IMG/VR virus record: IMGVR_UViG_3300042731_004976
Coordinates: 103,993-167,992 of that record
Length of the DNA: 64,000 nucleotides
DNA from: a virus
Direction: 5' to 3' (one strand)
Numbering within the stretch: position 1 is the stretch's first letter; the number at the start of each line of letters is the position of its first letter. Shown piece after piece: positions 19,331-30,469 of this stretch. The position numbers were made by a program, and so were the translations under genes. The notes below the pieces were generated by a model, which saw only the letters and a list, made by a program, of their open reading frames with translations, made no database searches and had not been told where the DNA came from.

Positions 19331-19632
19331 CTCCCGAGGAAGGCGTCGAGTTTCAGGTGGGTTCGGAGCCTGAGCTGGCTCCAGGAGTGCGGGGTGTCGT
19401 GTTCGACACGGAGAAGGGCATCTACGTTCCTCTCATTTTGGCCGAGGAACCCGGTAGCGGAGCGGTTTCCGCTTGGCTCGACACCTTACCCGCAGATCGC
19501 CGCGTTGTTTTTCCCAACGTGCTAAATGGTAAGCTACGCACGATGCTACAGCGTCGAGGATTTCACGAATCCCGAGAGCTGGATCCGATGAGCGGTGATC
19601 TGGTAGAGATCATGGAGCGCTTAGGCTCATGA
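19327..19632 (+). CDS. GNAT-like small protein
   Basis: EPGSG...NVLN..L..ML.RRGF. Confidence 0.4.
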   Translation: MTPEEGVEFQVGSEPELAPGVRGVVFDTEKGIYVPLILAEEPGSGAVSAWLDTLPADRRVVFPNVLNGKLRTMLQRRGFHESRELDPMSGDLVEIMERLGS

Positions 19633-20003
19633 CGCACGGTAGTACGCCAAGAGCGCGAGGAAACGCGCTTACTCCGCAGCAAAGCTACTTGCTGAACCTA
19701 GCTTGTCGGGGTCTTGTAGATGCTTTCGGTCCCAACATCTTCCAGGTAGGCTCCTCGATGAGCCGACGGGACTACCGAGACGTAGACGTTCGGTGCATTC
19801 TGGATGATGCGGAGTTCGAGCACCTGTTTCCCTCTTGCTCGGAGCGCCCGCACGCCAACGCCTTGTGGAAGGTGCTCTGCGCTGCGATTTCCGACCATCT
19901 CTCTCGAATCACGGGCCTGCTCATCGACTTTCAGTTCCAGCAGCGGACGCAGGCCAACACAGAGTACCCGGGACAGATCAGAAGCGCGCTGGGAGTCAGA
20001 TGA
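19629..20003 (+). CDS. minimal nucleotidyltransferase-fold protein
   Basis: VGSS...RDVDVR...IDFQ (GS plus DxD plus D). Confidence 0.65.
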   Translation: MTHGSTPRARGNALTPQQSYLLNLACRGLVDAFGPNIFQVGSSMSRRDYRDVDVRCILDDAEFEHLFPSCSERPHANALWKVLCAAISDHLSRITGLLIDFQFQQRTQANTEYPGQIRSALGVR

Positions 20004-20090
20004 TGCCGATGAAGCTGCGTGGATCTTTAACGGCGCCCCTCCTTCCGGGCGATGGACGTACAACTGGTTCTGGGAACTGAAAGAGAGACA

Positions 20091-20576
20091 ATGCAAAACC
20101 TACTGCCCTACCGCGAGCTTCTGCTGAAGAACATCGAGAGCGTGGTGAAGCTCGCCGGAAACGATGCCTACGTGCTGCGAACCTCTACGGAGGTCACCGC
20201 TACGCTGTGCGAGCTGATTCAGATCCCTGATGAAGTGCTCATCCAACCACTAGAGGCTCCCCTCGGAGTCGTCACTACGGCCGAGCACTACAAGCCGGGT
20301 TGGTTCCAAGACTACGATCCGTGGGAAGGAGAAGGCATCCCTCACAAGTTGATTCAGGCCGAAAGAACACATCTTCCTTGGCAACCTGCCCAGGAACCGA
20401 GCTGGGAGGAGGTAGCCCGCGGAATCGAAGAGTCGATCAAGAAGGTTCTGAAAGGCACTCCACCCGCGTCGGGGCAGAGTGCGGCGCTGGTCTACTCCCC
20501 GTACATGCTTCTTCTTTGGACTACGGATTCGCATCGGCCCTACTACACGCGGCACGCTCTGACGTGGATCGCGTGA
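20091..20576 (+). CDS. possible truncated gp23-like capsid paralogue
   Basis: LVYSPYMLL...YTRHA vs gp23 IYYAPYVAL...KTRYG; TSTEVTATL. Confidence 0.4.
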   Translation: MQNLLPYRELLLKNIESVVKLAGNDAYVLRTSTEVTATLCELIQIPDEVLIQPLEAPLGVVTTAEHYKPGWFQDYDPWEGEGIPHKLIQAERTHLPWQPAQEPSWEEVARGIEESIKKVLKGTPPASGQSAALVYSPYMLLLWTTDSHRPYYTRHALTWIA

Positions 20577-20654
20577 ACGTATGGGTATTCGCAGCGTCGA
20601 GGACATGAAGAACGACAACCGTCCTGAGGACAGCAAGTTCGACAAGGATCGAGT

Positions 20655-21155
20655 GTGATGAGTGCTGAGAACCTACTAGCTCGCTTGGTCTTCGACTCAG
20701 AAGAGATGTGCGGCCGTCCGTTGCCGGACATCCAGGAGAAGGACTCTCGGGTGACCTTTACCTTTCGCATCGAGGGTTCGGACATGGTCTGGTCTGGCTT
20801 CGCGTGGCTAGGACCTGGGTATGCTCCTGGTCCTACGCTCGCGAAGATTCACCCCCTAGCGAAGGAGGCTCGTGAGCTTCTGGTGCCGGGTACGCGCATC
20901 TCGTTCTGTTACGCCGGACCGTACTTCACGGGAGCGGGAGAGATCCTCCCGATCCACATCGCGACAGGGATTATCGAGCACGGGCGTCCGGTGTACTGGT
21001 GTGATGCGAAGCCTATCGCAGGAGAGTTGGACAAGGAGGAGTACTCGTTGACGATCCTAAACGGAACCGACAAACCGGGTAATTCGACATGCTCCGAGTG
21101 CTGGGTGCGCTTCGAGGAAGCGATGAAGGCGCATTCTTCTGGAGGTCACCCGTGA
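20655..21155 (+). CDS. hypothetical protein
   Basis: ORF with C-terminal CxxC. Confidence 0.5.
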   Translation: MMSAENLLARLVFDSEEMCGRPLPDIQEKDSRVTFTFRIEGSDMVWSGFAWLGPGYAPGPTLAKIHPLAKEARELLVPGTRISFCYAGPYFTGAGEILPIHIATGIIEHGRPVYWCDAKPIAGELDKEEYSLTILNGTDKPGNSTCSECWVRFEEAMKAHSSGGHP

Positions 21156-21857
21156 GACGCGAGCCACCTCCCGATCCTATCGAGCTAGAACCTCGTACGA
21201 CAGGGGACGCGGTTTGGGGTGTCGTACTTGTCGTGTTTGCTGTTCTCGGCGTGCTTGCTCTCATAGGCATGGTTGCGGTGGCCGCCTTTCTTCCGACTCC
21301 GTGATGCTTACCGGAACGCCTTGCCCCGAGTGCCTGAGCGGAGATCTCGTCTTCGTCGTGGTGTGGGGCGACACGGCTTGCCGGCGTTGCGGTCAGAAGG
21401 TCTCAGAACGTTTGACCCGCAAGGAGATCCGGGCGTGCATGAAGGAACGTCGTAGGTTGGCTGCGGAGGAAGCTGCGAAGGAAGAGGACTCTTGACCATC
21501 GCTTTTCTTTACGGTAGCATTCTGTTCCTATGTATCGGTACGGGTTACGTTCCGGTTTTGACTCTGACGGTTCGGGAGCTGCACACGTGAAGAAAGAGGT
21601 GGGGATCGAAGAGAGTGCCGAAATCCAGATCGATGGCCCCCTCTTCGTGGCGTTTCTCTTTATCTTGATCTTTTCTTTCGGGGCGCTGCTGTTTTCCGTG
21701 TTCACCCTGTGGCAGATAGGGAAGGTCGAGAAGATGCTGGAAGAGCATCACGTACAGGGACGCTGTCCGTGATCCGTTGGCGTCCAGACGTACCTTACTG
21801 CGAGTGCGTCCGTCGACACTTTGAAAGCTGCGGCGCGTACCGCAGAAGGGATATACC

Positions 21858-22214
21858 ATGAATGACGACCTGCAAGATACTGGGGAGATCAACACTCTGG
21901 ACGAGGCGTATTTTCACCTGAGCAACTCGGGCATCAACGTGTGCCTTGTCGAGGAACGCATGGAACGGACGCGACAAGACCTGGTTCGCGTTCGAGAGCA
22001 CACCTTCTACGTCGACTTTCAGATGCACGCCTTCAACACCAAGCTGTCGCTGCGTCTTCCCCTGGAGACCTCGGCCTTTGCTCACTGGCTTGGGTGGGCT
22101 TTGGTACGTGCTTCGAAGAAGATGCGTGTCGTCGAGCAGGAGGAGCAGATGAAGTACACCTCGATGGAGGAGCCTCAAGTGAAGTACTCCTCGGGGGCTG
22201 TCGAGTCCGGTTGA
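21858..22214 (+). CDS. hypothetical protein
   Basis: SD AAGGGA; coherent ORF. Confidence 0.55.
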   Translation: MNDDLQDTGEINTLDEAYFHLSNSGINVCLVEERMERTRQDLVRVREHTFYVDFQMHAFNTKLSLRLPLETSAFAHWLGWALVRASKKMRVVEQEEQMKYTSMEEPQVKYSSGAVESG

Positions 22215-22220
22215 ACTTCC

Positions 22221-22240
22221 ATGCGTCCATGTGGACGCAT
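22221..22240. repeat. dispersed palindrome, copy 1
   Basis: ATGCGTCCATGTGGACGCAT, intergenic. Confidence 0.85.
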
Positions 22241-23245
22241 CAGGATTCCCGTGGCGTGGCCGACCATGAGGTCGGTTGGGGACCCACTTCGGATCGCGTG
22301 TGGGACACGCCACCTTTCAGGAGATGCGCATGAGCAAGTGGAAGAACGTGGTTTGGCGCCATCCGGACGGGGACCTGGTTCGCTTGATTCCCCAGACTGA
22401 GCAGGCAGCTGAGGACCTCGAACGCTGTGGACCGAAGATCTTCGAAGGTCTGAAGAAGCTGGGCTACGAGCCGGTGTCGGTGGAGCTGTCGAAAACTCCC
22501 GACGGGGTTCCAATTCACTAGCAGGGACTCCCAGTGATCACTGTGGGGGAGCTGATGGTCGACCCACAAGCAACCCGGCGCTTGGCTCAGTGGCTTCGGT
22601 TGAAGACCGAAGGCATGAGCGACCGTCAGGTAGCAAAGCTAGTACGCTGGAGAATCACTCGTCGGCAGATGCGCTGGTTCACCTACGAGGAGGTCGCTCG
22701 GAGCGCGCCCAAGCGATGATCTTGGAGTCGACGCACTCTCTTGCTTCGGCGTCCCATGCTTGAAGCTCGTCCCACAGCTCGTTGAACCCGGAGAGTTGCC
22801 CTGGGGGTAGGCCTCGTTCAAGCGCAGCTTTCTGGAGCATGAGAAACGCGCTCTCGATGTCCTCCCGGCGGTGGAGGGAGAAGACCATTTGGCTGCTGTC
22901 CGGGTCTGAGGCCCGCACCCAGCACAGGGGTAGGGTCTCCAGCTCCTTGCGGTAGGCAGCCACCAGGGCCTCCAGGAGCCTTGTAGGGACGCGCTGGTGG
23001 AACTTCCGGAGCCCTGGGTTGCCGTAGTCCTCCCAGCGCAGCAGCTCGCCCCTAGCCTCGAAGACGAGGCCCACGGTGAGCAAATGCTCGGGGTCCGGTT
23101 CCTTCTCAGAGAGGGCGGTTCCCTGGAGCAGGAGGTTCAACATGTGGATGCGCTCGGTACGGATTGCGTCGTTCATGCCCCCAAGGACGCAGAGGGGTCT
23201 CGGAATCTGACGAAGAAAAAAGATCCGTTTTCTAGATCCAACCCC

Positions 23246-23274
23246 TTGACCATCCCGATTCTATGCGATACCTT
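23246..23274 (+). promoter_or_regulatory. sigma70-type promoter
   Basis: TTGACC-N17-TACCTT; spacer resembles that of the 4048 promoter. Confidence 0.6.
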
Positions 23275-23549
23275 GGTGTTGGAAGGAAGAAGGAACCGAT
23301 GGAAACACTGGAGTTCGTACAGAACGTGAGCAAGCATGCAGGGGAAGAGGGGCTGGTCCTGAGCCTCTGCGGTTCGGACGGGTTCGAGATCGGCGTGCAG
23401 TTGCCTCAGGGTTTCGGTGTCGGGCGGGAGACCCCTGAGTACCGGGACCTTCGGGCTTGCCGTGCGGTGGACCAGGAGTGGACGGTGGAGGCTCAGACGG
23501 AGCTGGGCGTGCTGTTCCTCGACATGCTTCGGGACGGGGAGCTGGGCTG

Positions 23550-23924
23550 ATGGCACGGGCAGGCAGTAGCGATCTTCGCTTCGAGGACTACGAGTACGAG
23601 TTGGAGCGCGAGTCCCCGATCTTGGACGAGAACGGAGAGATCGAGGACTACGACTACGAGTGCATCACGCTATTCATCAGCGGCAACTACGACCCGGGCG
23701 AGGCTCCTAGCTGGGGCTACTACGGGGGTTGCCCGGGGGCTCCGGCAGACGTCGAGATCTTCACCATCGAGGTGGAGGACGAGGACGGCAAGCGGGTCAA
23801 GTGGGACGGCACGCTGGACAAGGACGAGGAGCGTCAGGTGTGTGCCTCTCTGCGAGAGCAGGCTGAGGACGAGATCCGGATGTGGAAAGAGGACGCTGCT
23901 GCGGCACGCGCGGGGCTCGACTGA
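23550..23924 (+). CDS. acidic hypothetical protein
   Basis: Translationally coupled; YDPG..P motif also seen in 25436..25906. Confidence 0.5.
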   Translation: MARAGSSDLRFEDYEYELERESPILDENGEIEDYDYECITLFISGNYDPGEAPSWGYYGGCPGAPADVEIFTIEVEDEDGKRVKWDGTLDKDEERQVCASLREQAEDEIRMWKEDAAAARAGLD

Positions 23925-25002
23925 TGGTTTCGAACGAGCGTGTCTCGTTGAGGCCCCAGCGCTTCCGTTTTCGGGTCGGTGCTGTCGTGGCTCTGTCTCA
24001 GGAGGGGTTTGACGCTTTCGAGCAGGACCGCACTCCGGGTTGGTCCTCGAAGTGGAAGCTCGGGGACCGCCTCACGATCCTCAAGAAGTTCCCTAGCCGT
24101 AGTTGCTCAGAAGAGTACCTAGTGCTGTATCCTGGTGGGGGCACAGGGCGTTTGCCGGCGCACCTCATCAACACTCGGTGGGAGCAGGTCGAAGACCCGT
24201 GCCCCAGAGAGCGTAAGCAGCTGCGGGAGGTCATCACGCTCCAAGAGGAATGTCGGAAGGCGGGCAAGCAGGAGCGCGCGGAAGAGTTGCAGCGGGTTCG
24301 GGCTCAGCTCCTTGCTGCCATTCAGGAGGCTGAAGCATGAAGATCACACTCACCTACGTGAGCACCCCGGGCGGTGCTGGGAAGAAGTTCCACTACAAGA
24401 CGCTGGGCGGGGCTCGCAAGAAGGCGAGTCGCCTTGTCGGAGGCTTTCCCAAGTTCGACCCTGACGGCTACGCTGTGTCCCGTGCCCGGGGCGACTGCCT
24501 CTTCGTGACGGGAGACGCAACGCTGGAGGACATCTTCCCCGGCATCACTTCGGGTGTCGACAAGGCGGGCCATGGCCTGGGTTACATGCAGGGTCGAGGT
24601 GCGTCGTGAACGTCGAGGCCCTGGTAGAGGCCGAGGAACTCGTGCTCGACGACGGGTGCGGCATCGGAGGCCCCTACATCCCGGACGGCATCGTCCGTAT
24701 CTACGACCCCGAGGATTGCTACAACGTGCTTGGATCGGGAGAGACCGCAGAAGAAGCGTGGGACGAGTACTGGCGCTGGGCACAGAACCCATGATCACTT
24801 GGGTCGAGAATCCAGCCCAGTGGATCGAGGTTCGCGATGACAAGTTCAACACGAGCCGCTGGTGCCTCGTAGTTGCCGGCTACGTGCGCGTTCGGTCTAC
24901 GGACGAGGCTGAGATACGGGACCTGGCAAAGCGGCTCAGAGAGCTGTTTCCGGAGCCGCAGAGCCCACACCAAAAGAAGGCGAAGAAGAAACGATCTTCT
25001 CC

Positions 25003-25031
25003 TTGACAATCCCTTCTTCATACGGTAGCGT
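25003..25031 (+). promoter_or_regulatory. sigma70-type promoter
   Basis: TTGACA-N17-TAGCGT. Confidence 0.7.
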
Positions 25032-25055
25032 TAGAGGGTAAGAAGGAGTACAGCG

Positions 25056-25439
25056 ATGCCCTGGCACACATTCAAGTACAAGGTGCAGTTGGACGTCAAT
25101 TTCAACACGGCCCCCACGGAAGAGGACAAGCAGAGCGCTCACGAGGTTGCGCGTTTGCGCTTCATGGGCTTGCTGAGTTCGCTTTGGGAGGGCTGGACTC
25201 CGGTGGGCCCCAAGGGCAACGCGATCCTCCTGAAGGGCTACAGCGCGGTGCTCGGGGAATCGCTGACTCCAGCCGACTTGGAGGCGCAAGCGGTTCTCGC
25301 GAAGGAGCTGGACGAAGAGGTTCAGTTGGAGGCCCGCAAGTTGCAGCTGGTCAACACGGTCCTCGGGCTCGACGTCACAGATTCGCTGGAGCACTTCGAG
25401 GAGGTGTTACGCGGTGCCCTTTCGGAGAAGTTCCAATGA
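25056..25439 (+). CDS. hypothetical protein
   Basis: SD AAGGAG. Confidence 0.6.
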   Translation: MPWHTFKYKVQLDVNFNTAPTEEDKQSAHEVARLRFMGLLSSLWEGWTPVGPKGNAILLKGYSAVLGESLTPADLEAQAVLAKELDEEVQLEARKLQLVNTVLGLDVTDSLEHFEEVLRGALSEKFQ

Positions 25440-25906
25440 GCGTGAAGAAGGTAGCAGTTCAAAACATTTCCTCCCCGAGCACGTTCACGGAGCAGGAGAT
25501 CGAGCTGGTTCGGTCCACGGTGGCCTCGGTTCTCGGCGAGAAGGTCGAGGTCGAGGTACTCGACGACGGAGAGACGATCCGTATCGGCAACGTCTCGGGC
25601 ATCGCAGTGGACGAGAACGAGGTGGCGACCATCGGAGGTCGGCGTACCAGGCGCGAGTTCACCCTCCTCAAGTTCGTTTACGACCCAGGCGTTCGCTACT
25701 ACCCGGATGGATCTGGAGAGCCTCCGAGCGAGGACTGCGAGTCTGTGGGAGCCTCCGATCCAGGCATCGGCCACGTGTTGGCGAAGGCGTGTGCACAGCA
25801 CATCGAGAACGAGGTCTGGGACTGCCTACAGGCTCGGGACGAGGCCGAAATGGCCGAAGAGATGCAGGAAGTCGAGCAGATGTTGGCGGAGGACTCCCCT
25901 AGCTGA
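25436..25906 (+). CDS. acidic hypothetical protein
   Basis: ATGA coupling. Confidence 0.55.
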   Translation: MSVKKVAVQNISSPSTFTEQEIELVRSTVASVLGEKVEVEVLDDGETIRIGNVSGIAVDENEVATIGGRRTRREFTLLKFVYDPGVRYYPDGSGEPPSEDCESVGASDPGIGHVLAKACAQHIENEVWDCLQARDEAEMAEEMQEVEQMLAEDSPS

Positions 25907-25935
25907 CCCTGAGCCCCGTATGGTAGGCTCAGCGC

Positions 25936-26712
25936 ATGAAGATCATGGAAGGTGTCGAGCTGGATCCGAAGGAGTTTCGGGAACAAGCGGGGCTAGTGCC
26001 CCGATTCCCGGGTCTGCTGACTGAGGCTCAGAAGACGCTGACCTCTCAGGAGGTCGAACGTCTTCCCGAAGGCTCCCTCGTGGTTCCCAAGTCGGACTTG
26101 GGCATGTACTTGGTCCGAGTGCCCGGAGGTGTTGCGCCGATCACCATACTGCCGAAGCAGGCAGGCGGCGGACTTCCCGATGGGGAGGGATCCAAACAGT
26201 TCGGCAACGAGTTCGACTTGATCGTGAAGGGACGAGGCAAGGTTCCCACGCACAGCACGGCTGTGCGCCTCGTCACCGCTTGGGTACGTAGCCTACCTGT
26301 GCCTCGTCGGGAGTCTCGTTTGTCCGAAGCTGCGGTGTGGGACTCTGAGCGCTTCTGCGACGCCGTCCAGAAGCAAGCGAAGGCAAAGATCGGTAACAAG
26401 TATCTTCACTGCGATCACTACAACCAGTTCAACGACAAGCACGACCACGTGATCATCACCTTCGTGAACCTAGAAGGTCGTCCGGTCGGAGCTTCGGCCA
26501 TGAACAACAGAACGCAGTTCACGGTGGACGGGTTCGCGGCTCAGCTTGGACAGGATCCCCCGACAGGCAAGGTGAAGGTCAAGCAGCTCTCGGGCTTCGT
26601 CGGTAAGCAAGCTGGCTTGAAGTTTCGCGCCAAGACGGGTACGCCCGAGCAGATCGTCAAGTACCTCGTCGACTACATCGGACAGCTCGCGGAACTCGAA
26701 CCCAAGAGCTGA
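25936..26712 (+). CDS. MKIxE-leader protein 1 (putative head-internal protein)
   Basis: MKIMEGVELDPKEFREQAGLVPRFPGLLTEA; upstream TGGTAGGCT. Confidence 0.75.
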   Translation: MKIMEGVELDPKEFREQAGLVPRFPGLLTEAQKTLTSQEVERLPEGSLVVPKSDLGMYLVRVPGGVAPITILPKQAGGGLPDGEGSKQFGNEFDLIVKGRGKVPTHSTAVRLVTAWVRSLPVPRRESRLSEAAVWDSERFCDAVQKQAKAKIGNKYLHCDHYNQFNDKHDHVIITFVNLEGRPVGASAMNNRTQFTVDGFAAQLGQDPPTGKVKVKQLSGFVGKQAGLKFRAKTGTPEQIVKYLVDYIGQLAELEPKS

Positions 26713-26978
26713 TTCCTCTTGCATGAGACCGGGGACTCACTACTGTCCCCGACGCCTATGAGGAAGTTTTCCGAAACGCACGGGCCGGACGCGGTCTGCA
26801 CGATCTGCGGCTCGTACGTTACCTCTTACCTAGACGTCGAAACGCGCGTCATTCGCATCCACTGCCCTGGTTGCGCTTCGCGCAAGTCACGACCCCCTTC
26901 ACAACCGACGCTCGATGCTGAGGGCGACGCTTCCGGGGGTCTACTGGCGTAAAACTCCTTGTGGTATGCTTCGTGGCC

Positions 26979-27770
26979 ATGAAGATCGTCGAGGACGTGG
27001 AGTTAGATCCTCAAGCGTTCCTTCTCGTTGCGGGAGTGCGATCTTCTTTGCCCTCCTTGGGAGAGGCGCGGCGCAAGCGAGTCAACACCAAGAAGATCGA
27101 AAAGGTCTTTCAGCAGACCGTCGAGCGAGTGGCTCGTGACTTGGAATCGTACGAGACCCCAGCTTCTATTGGTACAGGGCTGTTTGCTTCGGCGAGCGAC
27201 GCTCTGTCAGGTGCCGTGGACGCGAATTTGGAACGACTCGATCGCGTTTTGGGGGCTAAGAAGTTCCAAGCAGGAAGACAGGATCGAACTGAAGACTCCT
27301 ACGAGTTCTCGGACAATGCCTACGTGAGCTACGAGATCGAGTACCCCAAAACTGTCAGCTCTGTGGTTTCCTTCAGATTGGATCCTGTGGACGTCGTTGG
27401 CGGCGCTCTGCGGGACGACTGGTCTGAATACAAGGAGTGGCTGCCCGAGTTCTTGAAGCAGCGAGAGATTCGATCTGCGATCGAAGATCTTGCGCAGTCC
27501 GTGCTTCCGGAAAACAACAAGGATCATACTCCCACGAGTAAGGTAGCGGACGACGCTGTGGAGTTCGCCTACCAGAAGATGCACACGGACTACGATGTGG
27601 ACGATGACGACAGACCCGACGTCCCCGTGGAGGCCAGAGCCAAGCTTACCGCCTGGAGCCTGAGTCGAGAGGTTTCCATCAAGAGCGGGAAGATGCTCGT
27701 GCGGTCCGATGTGGAAATCAGGGCCGAGGTCTTGTGGCCCGGAGACCCTGAGTACCACGACTACTTCTGA
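26979..27770 (+). CDS. MKIxE-leader protein 2
   Basis: MKIVEDVELDPQAFLLVAGVRSSLPSLGEA; upstream TGGTATGCT. Confidence 0.75.
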   Translation: MKIVEDVELDPQAFLLVAGVRSSLPSLGEARRKRVNTKKIEKVFQQTVERVARDLESYETPASIGTGLFASASDALSGAVDANLERLDRVLGAKKFQAGRQDRTEDSYEFSDNAYVSYEIEYPKTVSSVVSFRLDPVDVVGGALRDDWSEYKEWLPEFLKQREIRSAIEDLAQSVLPENNKDHTPTSKVADDAVEFAYQKMHTDYDVDDDDRPDVPVEARAKLTAWSLSREVSIKSGKMLVRSDVEIRAEVLWPGDPEYHDYF

Positions 27771-27810
27771 GCCTTGACCATCCTCTTCCTATATGGGATG
27801 GTCCGGAGGC

Positions 27811-28317
27811 ATGTCCGATGACCTCATGGCGGAGTTCCAGGCTGCGGCTGTTCGTCAGTTCGGTTTGGACAAACCGTGGCCTGTCGTTGCGATCTTCGAT
27901 GCCGTACCCGGATGGCATGCGGTTACGCGAGAAGCGACAGAGCTATCCAATCCCTCAGACGAGGATCGGGAGCTGGGCATGAAGTACGTCATCATTCGCG
28001 CGTTCCCCATCAGCAAATGGGGCATGACCTGCCCGCCTGAGTACTACAAGGGGCCTGCGTTCTCCGCGCCTGAGGAGGGAGGGATCAGCGGGGCTCTCCT
28101 AGGAGCCCTGGCTCGGATGGGAGGGACCCGCACTCCTCACGTTTTCCTGCCCCTCGATCCGAGAGAAGACGAGCCCTCGTTCTTCCGTGTTGACCAACTG
28201 TGGGGTGTGTATCCTCCATCAGAAGGGACCGCGAAGGAGGTCATCGAGAAGGCGAAGGCTGCGCTACAAGAAGAGTCCGACAAGCTTCTGGCTCAGAAGC
28301 AGAAGGAACGCAGATGA
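27811..28317 (+). CDS. hypothetical protein
   Basis: TTGACC promoter and GGAGG upstream. Confidence 0.55.
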   Translation: MSDDLMAEFQAAAVRQFGLDKPWPVVAIFDAVPGWHAVTREATELSNPSDEDRELGMKYVIIRAFPISKWGMTCPPEYYKGPAFSAPEEGGISGALLGALARMGGTRTPHVFLPLDPREDEPSFFRVDQLWGVYPPSEGTAKEVIEKAKAALQEESDKLLAQKQKERR

Positions 28318-29423
28318 ATCCGTCTTGTCCCTGCACGCACGCGACTCCTTGCCACCCCCGATGCACCTGCGTTAGTGGAGGCAGCTCGGTCGGATGCAAG
28401 CGTTGCTGCTCGTACGGTAGTCCCGAGCAGCAAGCTGCTGCTGCGAAGCGCATCGTCGAAGCTCTCGACGGCTATCGTCCCAAGAAGGGTCTCCCTTACT
28501 GTCAGCAAGTTGGATACATGCGCGGGGTGATGTTGGCTCTGGCTAAGGATCTTGCATACGCAGAGAACATGGGGATGGTGGCCGAATTGATGGAGCGCGC
28601 GTTCGAGCTGTTCGGTCTGGACGAGATTCCTCTGGACCCCTCCGGGTTGATCGACGGTCAAGCCCTAGATCGCTTGGGGGTCGACTCCGTTTGGAAGATC
28701 CCCTCATGATTGCCGAGCGGCTTGTCTTCGTCAGTGCTCTCCTCTTTGGTGTGAGTCACGTCTGTAGTGCAACGGAACCCGTGGAGCAGGTCCAGGAAGG
28801 TTTCTGGCGCGTCGATCCCGTTCTTCCCTCGGTACGAGAGACGTACGAAGCGCCCGAGTACTATAACGGCCCCGACGGTTGGATTCAGGGCTACCCGTCT
28901 CCGAAGTGCAGCTCTTCGAAGACGTGCGTAGCGAACGGGTGCGAGACTCATGCTCTTCGCTGGTCTTGGGAGGATCCTCGTGAAGAGCCTACGTGGCCTA
29001 CCAACCTGATTGGATGCGAGTGCTCGTCAGGCAGGCCGGCGTACGTGTCCTGTCTCTATGAGGTGGATTGATGTTTTACGACCTAGTCGAGAGGGTGCTT
29101 TACTCAGGTCTTGTTGCCTTGGGAGGCGTGGTCTTCGGGATCTGTATAGGTGGGCTCATCGGTACTCGCCATGAACGAGATCGTTGTCTTGCCCTCTTGT
29201 GCCTCATCCATTCGAAGTTCCGGCTGCGCTCCAAGGGGGACGCTCTTCTGAATGTGGTCACGGATGACATAGCCAAGGGAACGAAGGCCCGAGCCTTTTC
29301 GGCGCGGCTTCAGAAGATGCAGTCCGCGAAGGGCGGTCTGCCTCACGAGGGGCACGAAACGTCTGAGGACGAAGTCATTCTCACCGAAGACAAGTAGCTG
29401 TCGGTGGAGTATCCTTCGCCCTG

Positions 29424-30314
29424 ATGCCCGCGGCCCTGTCCCACCTGATCTCAGAAGCCTACCTCGCGGTCGAGGCGGAAACCCCCGATCAGTACCGAGA
29501 CCGTACAGGCCGTTGTCCTCGTGGCTACCGTTTCGCTCAGGACAAGGATCGCTGTCTCACCAAGCAAGGCGTCAGCAAGACAGAACCGAGTACGGAGAAG
29601 GAAACCTTCGCTCCCTCACCCGAGAAGGTGGAGGCCATGGCGAAGCACGTGGACGCCGTGGACAAGGCGTTGGGGTTGAATCCTATCGAGGCGTACAGGA
29701 ACCGCGCGTCCCTTCCGACTGTGTTGCGTGACGAGTTCGACAGGCTCCCGAAGGAATCGCAGTTCTTGATCAGTACGGCTCAAGCAGCGAGCTACGAGTT
29801 CGAGCACTCTGTGGTGAAGAAGAAGCCGTTCCACGATCGCGTGTGCGGAGCGTGGGCAGAGGACACGAGTGCCATCGACGCGCATCGTATCCAGGGGGCT
29901 CTTGCCGCCAAGGGTGTGAATGGGAGCCCTGCGCCAGACGATCCCGATGCATCCTCCGTACGCAAGGAGGGCGCGGACAGCCAGGATTTCAACGACTGGA
30001 TCGATGATGTCCAAGCGTTCACGCAAGCCTACCTCAAGAAGCACGGGATCGAGGAGGTCACCGTGTACCGTGGGGTGAAGGGTCAGTTGGAAGGCGTGGA
30101 GAAGGGGGACGACATTGGCATCGCTTGTCGCGAAGCGTCCTCGTTTTCCTTGAGCCCTCGGCAGGCGAAGCGCTTCTCGGACAACGTGATCGCCATGAAG
30201 GTGCCAGCGTCTCGCATCCTGATGACTCCGGTGACCTCCTCCGAGTTGGTTGCGTTGGGCGAACACGAGATCGTCGTCATGGGTGCCTCGGATCTCAAGG
30301 GAGTCTTGGTATGA
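29424..30314 (+). CDS. R-S-E class ADP-ribosyltransferase (Alt/Mod-like)
   Basis: VTVYRGV, ASSFSLS, GEHEIVV in canonical order. Confidence 0.7.
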   Translation: MPAALSHLISEAYLAVEAETPDQYRDRTGRCPRGYRFAQDKDRCLTKQGVSKTEPSTEKETFAPSPEKVEAMAKHVDAVDKALGLNPIEAYRNRASLPTVLRDEFDRLPKESQFLISTAQAASYEFEHSVVKKKPFHDRVCGAWAEDTSAIDAHRIQGALAAKGVNGSPAPDDPDASSVRKEGADSQDFNDWIDDVQAFTQAYLKKHGIEEVTVYRGVKGQLEGVEKGDDIGIACREASSFSLSPRQAKRFSDNVIAMKVPASRILMTPVTSSELVALGEHEIVVMGASDLKGVLV

Positions 30315-30469
30315 AGGTCATACGCATGAGCGCTGAAAACGAGAACTGGCTTCGCAAGAAGGACCGCAAGCGCAAGAAGAAGCGCGAGGCTCTAAGCGCA
30401 GATCAGAAGATCGAGGACTTGAGCAGAGAGTTGGACGCCGTGGGCTGCGTACCGAAGAAGGATTGACCC

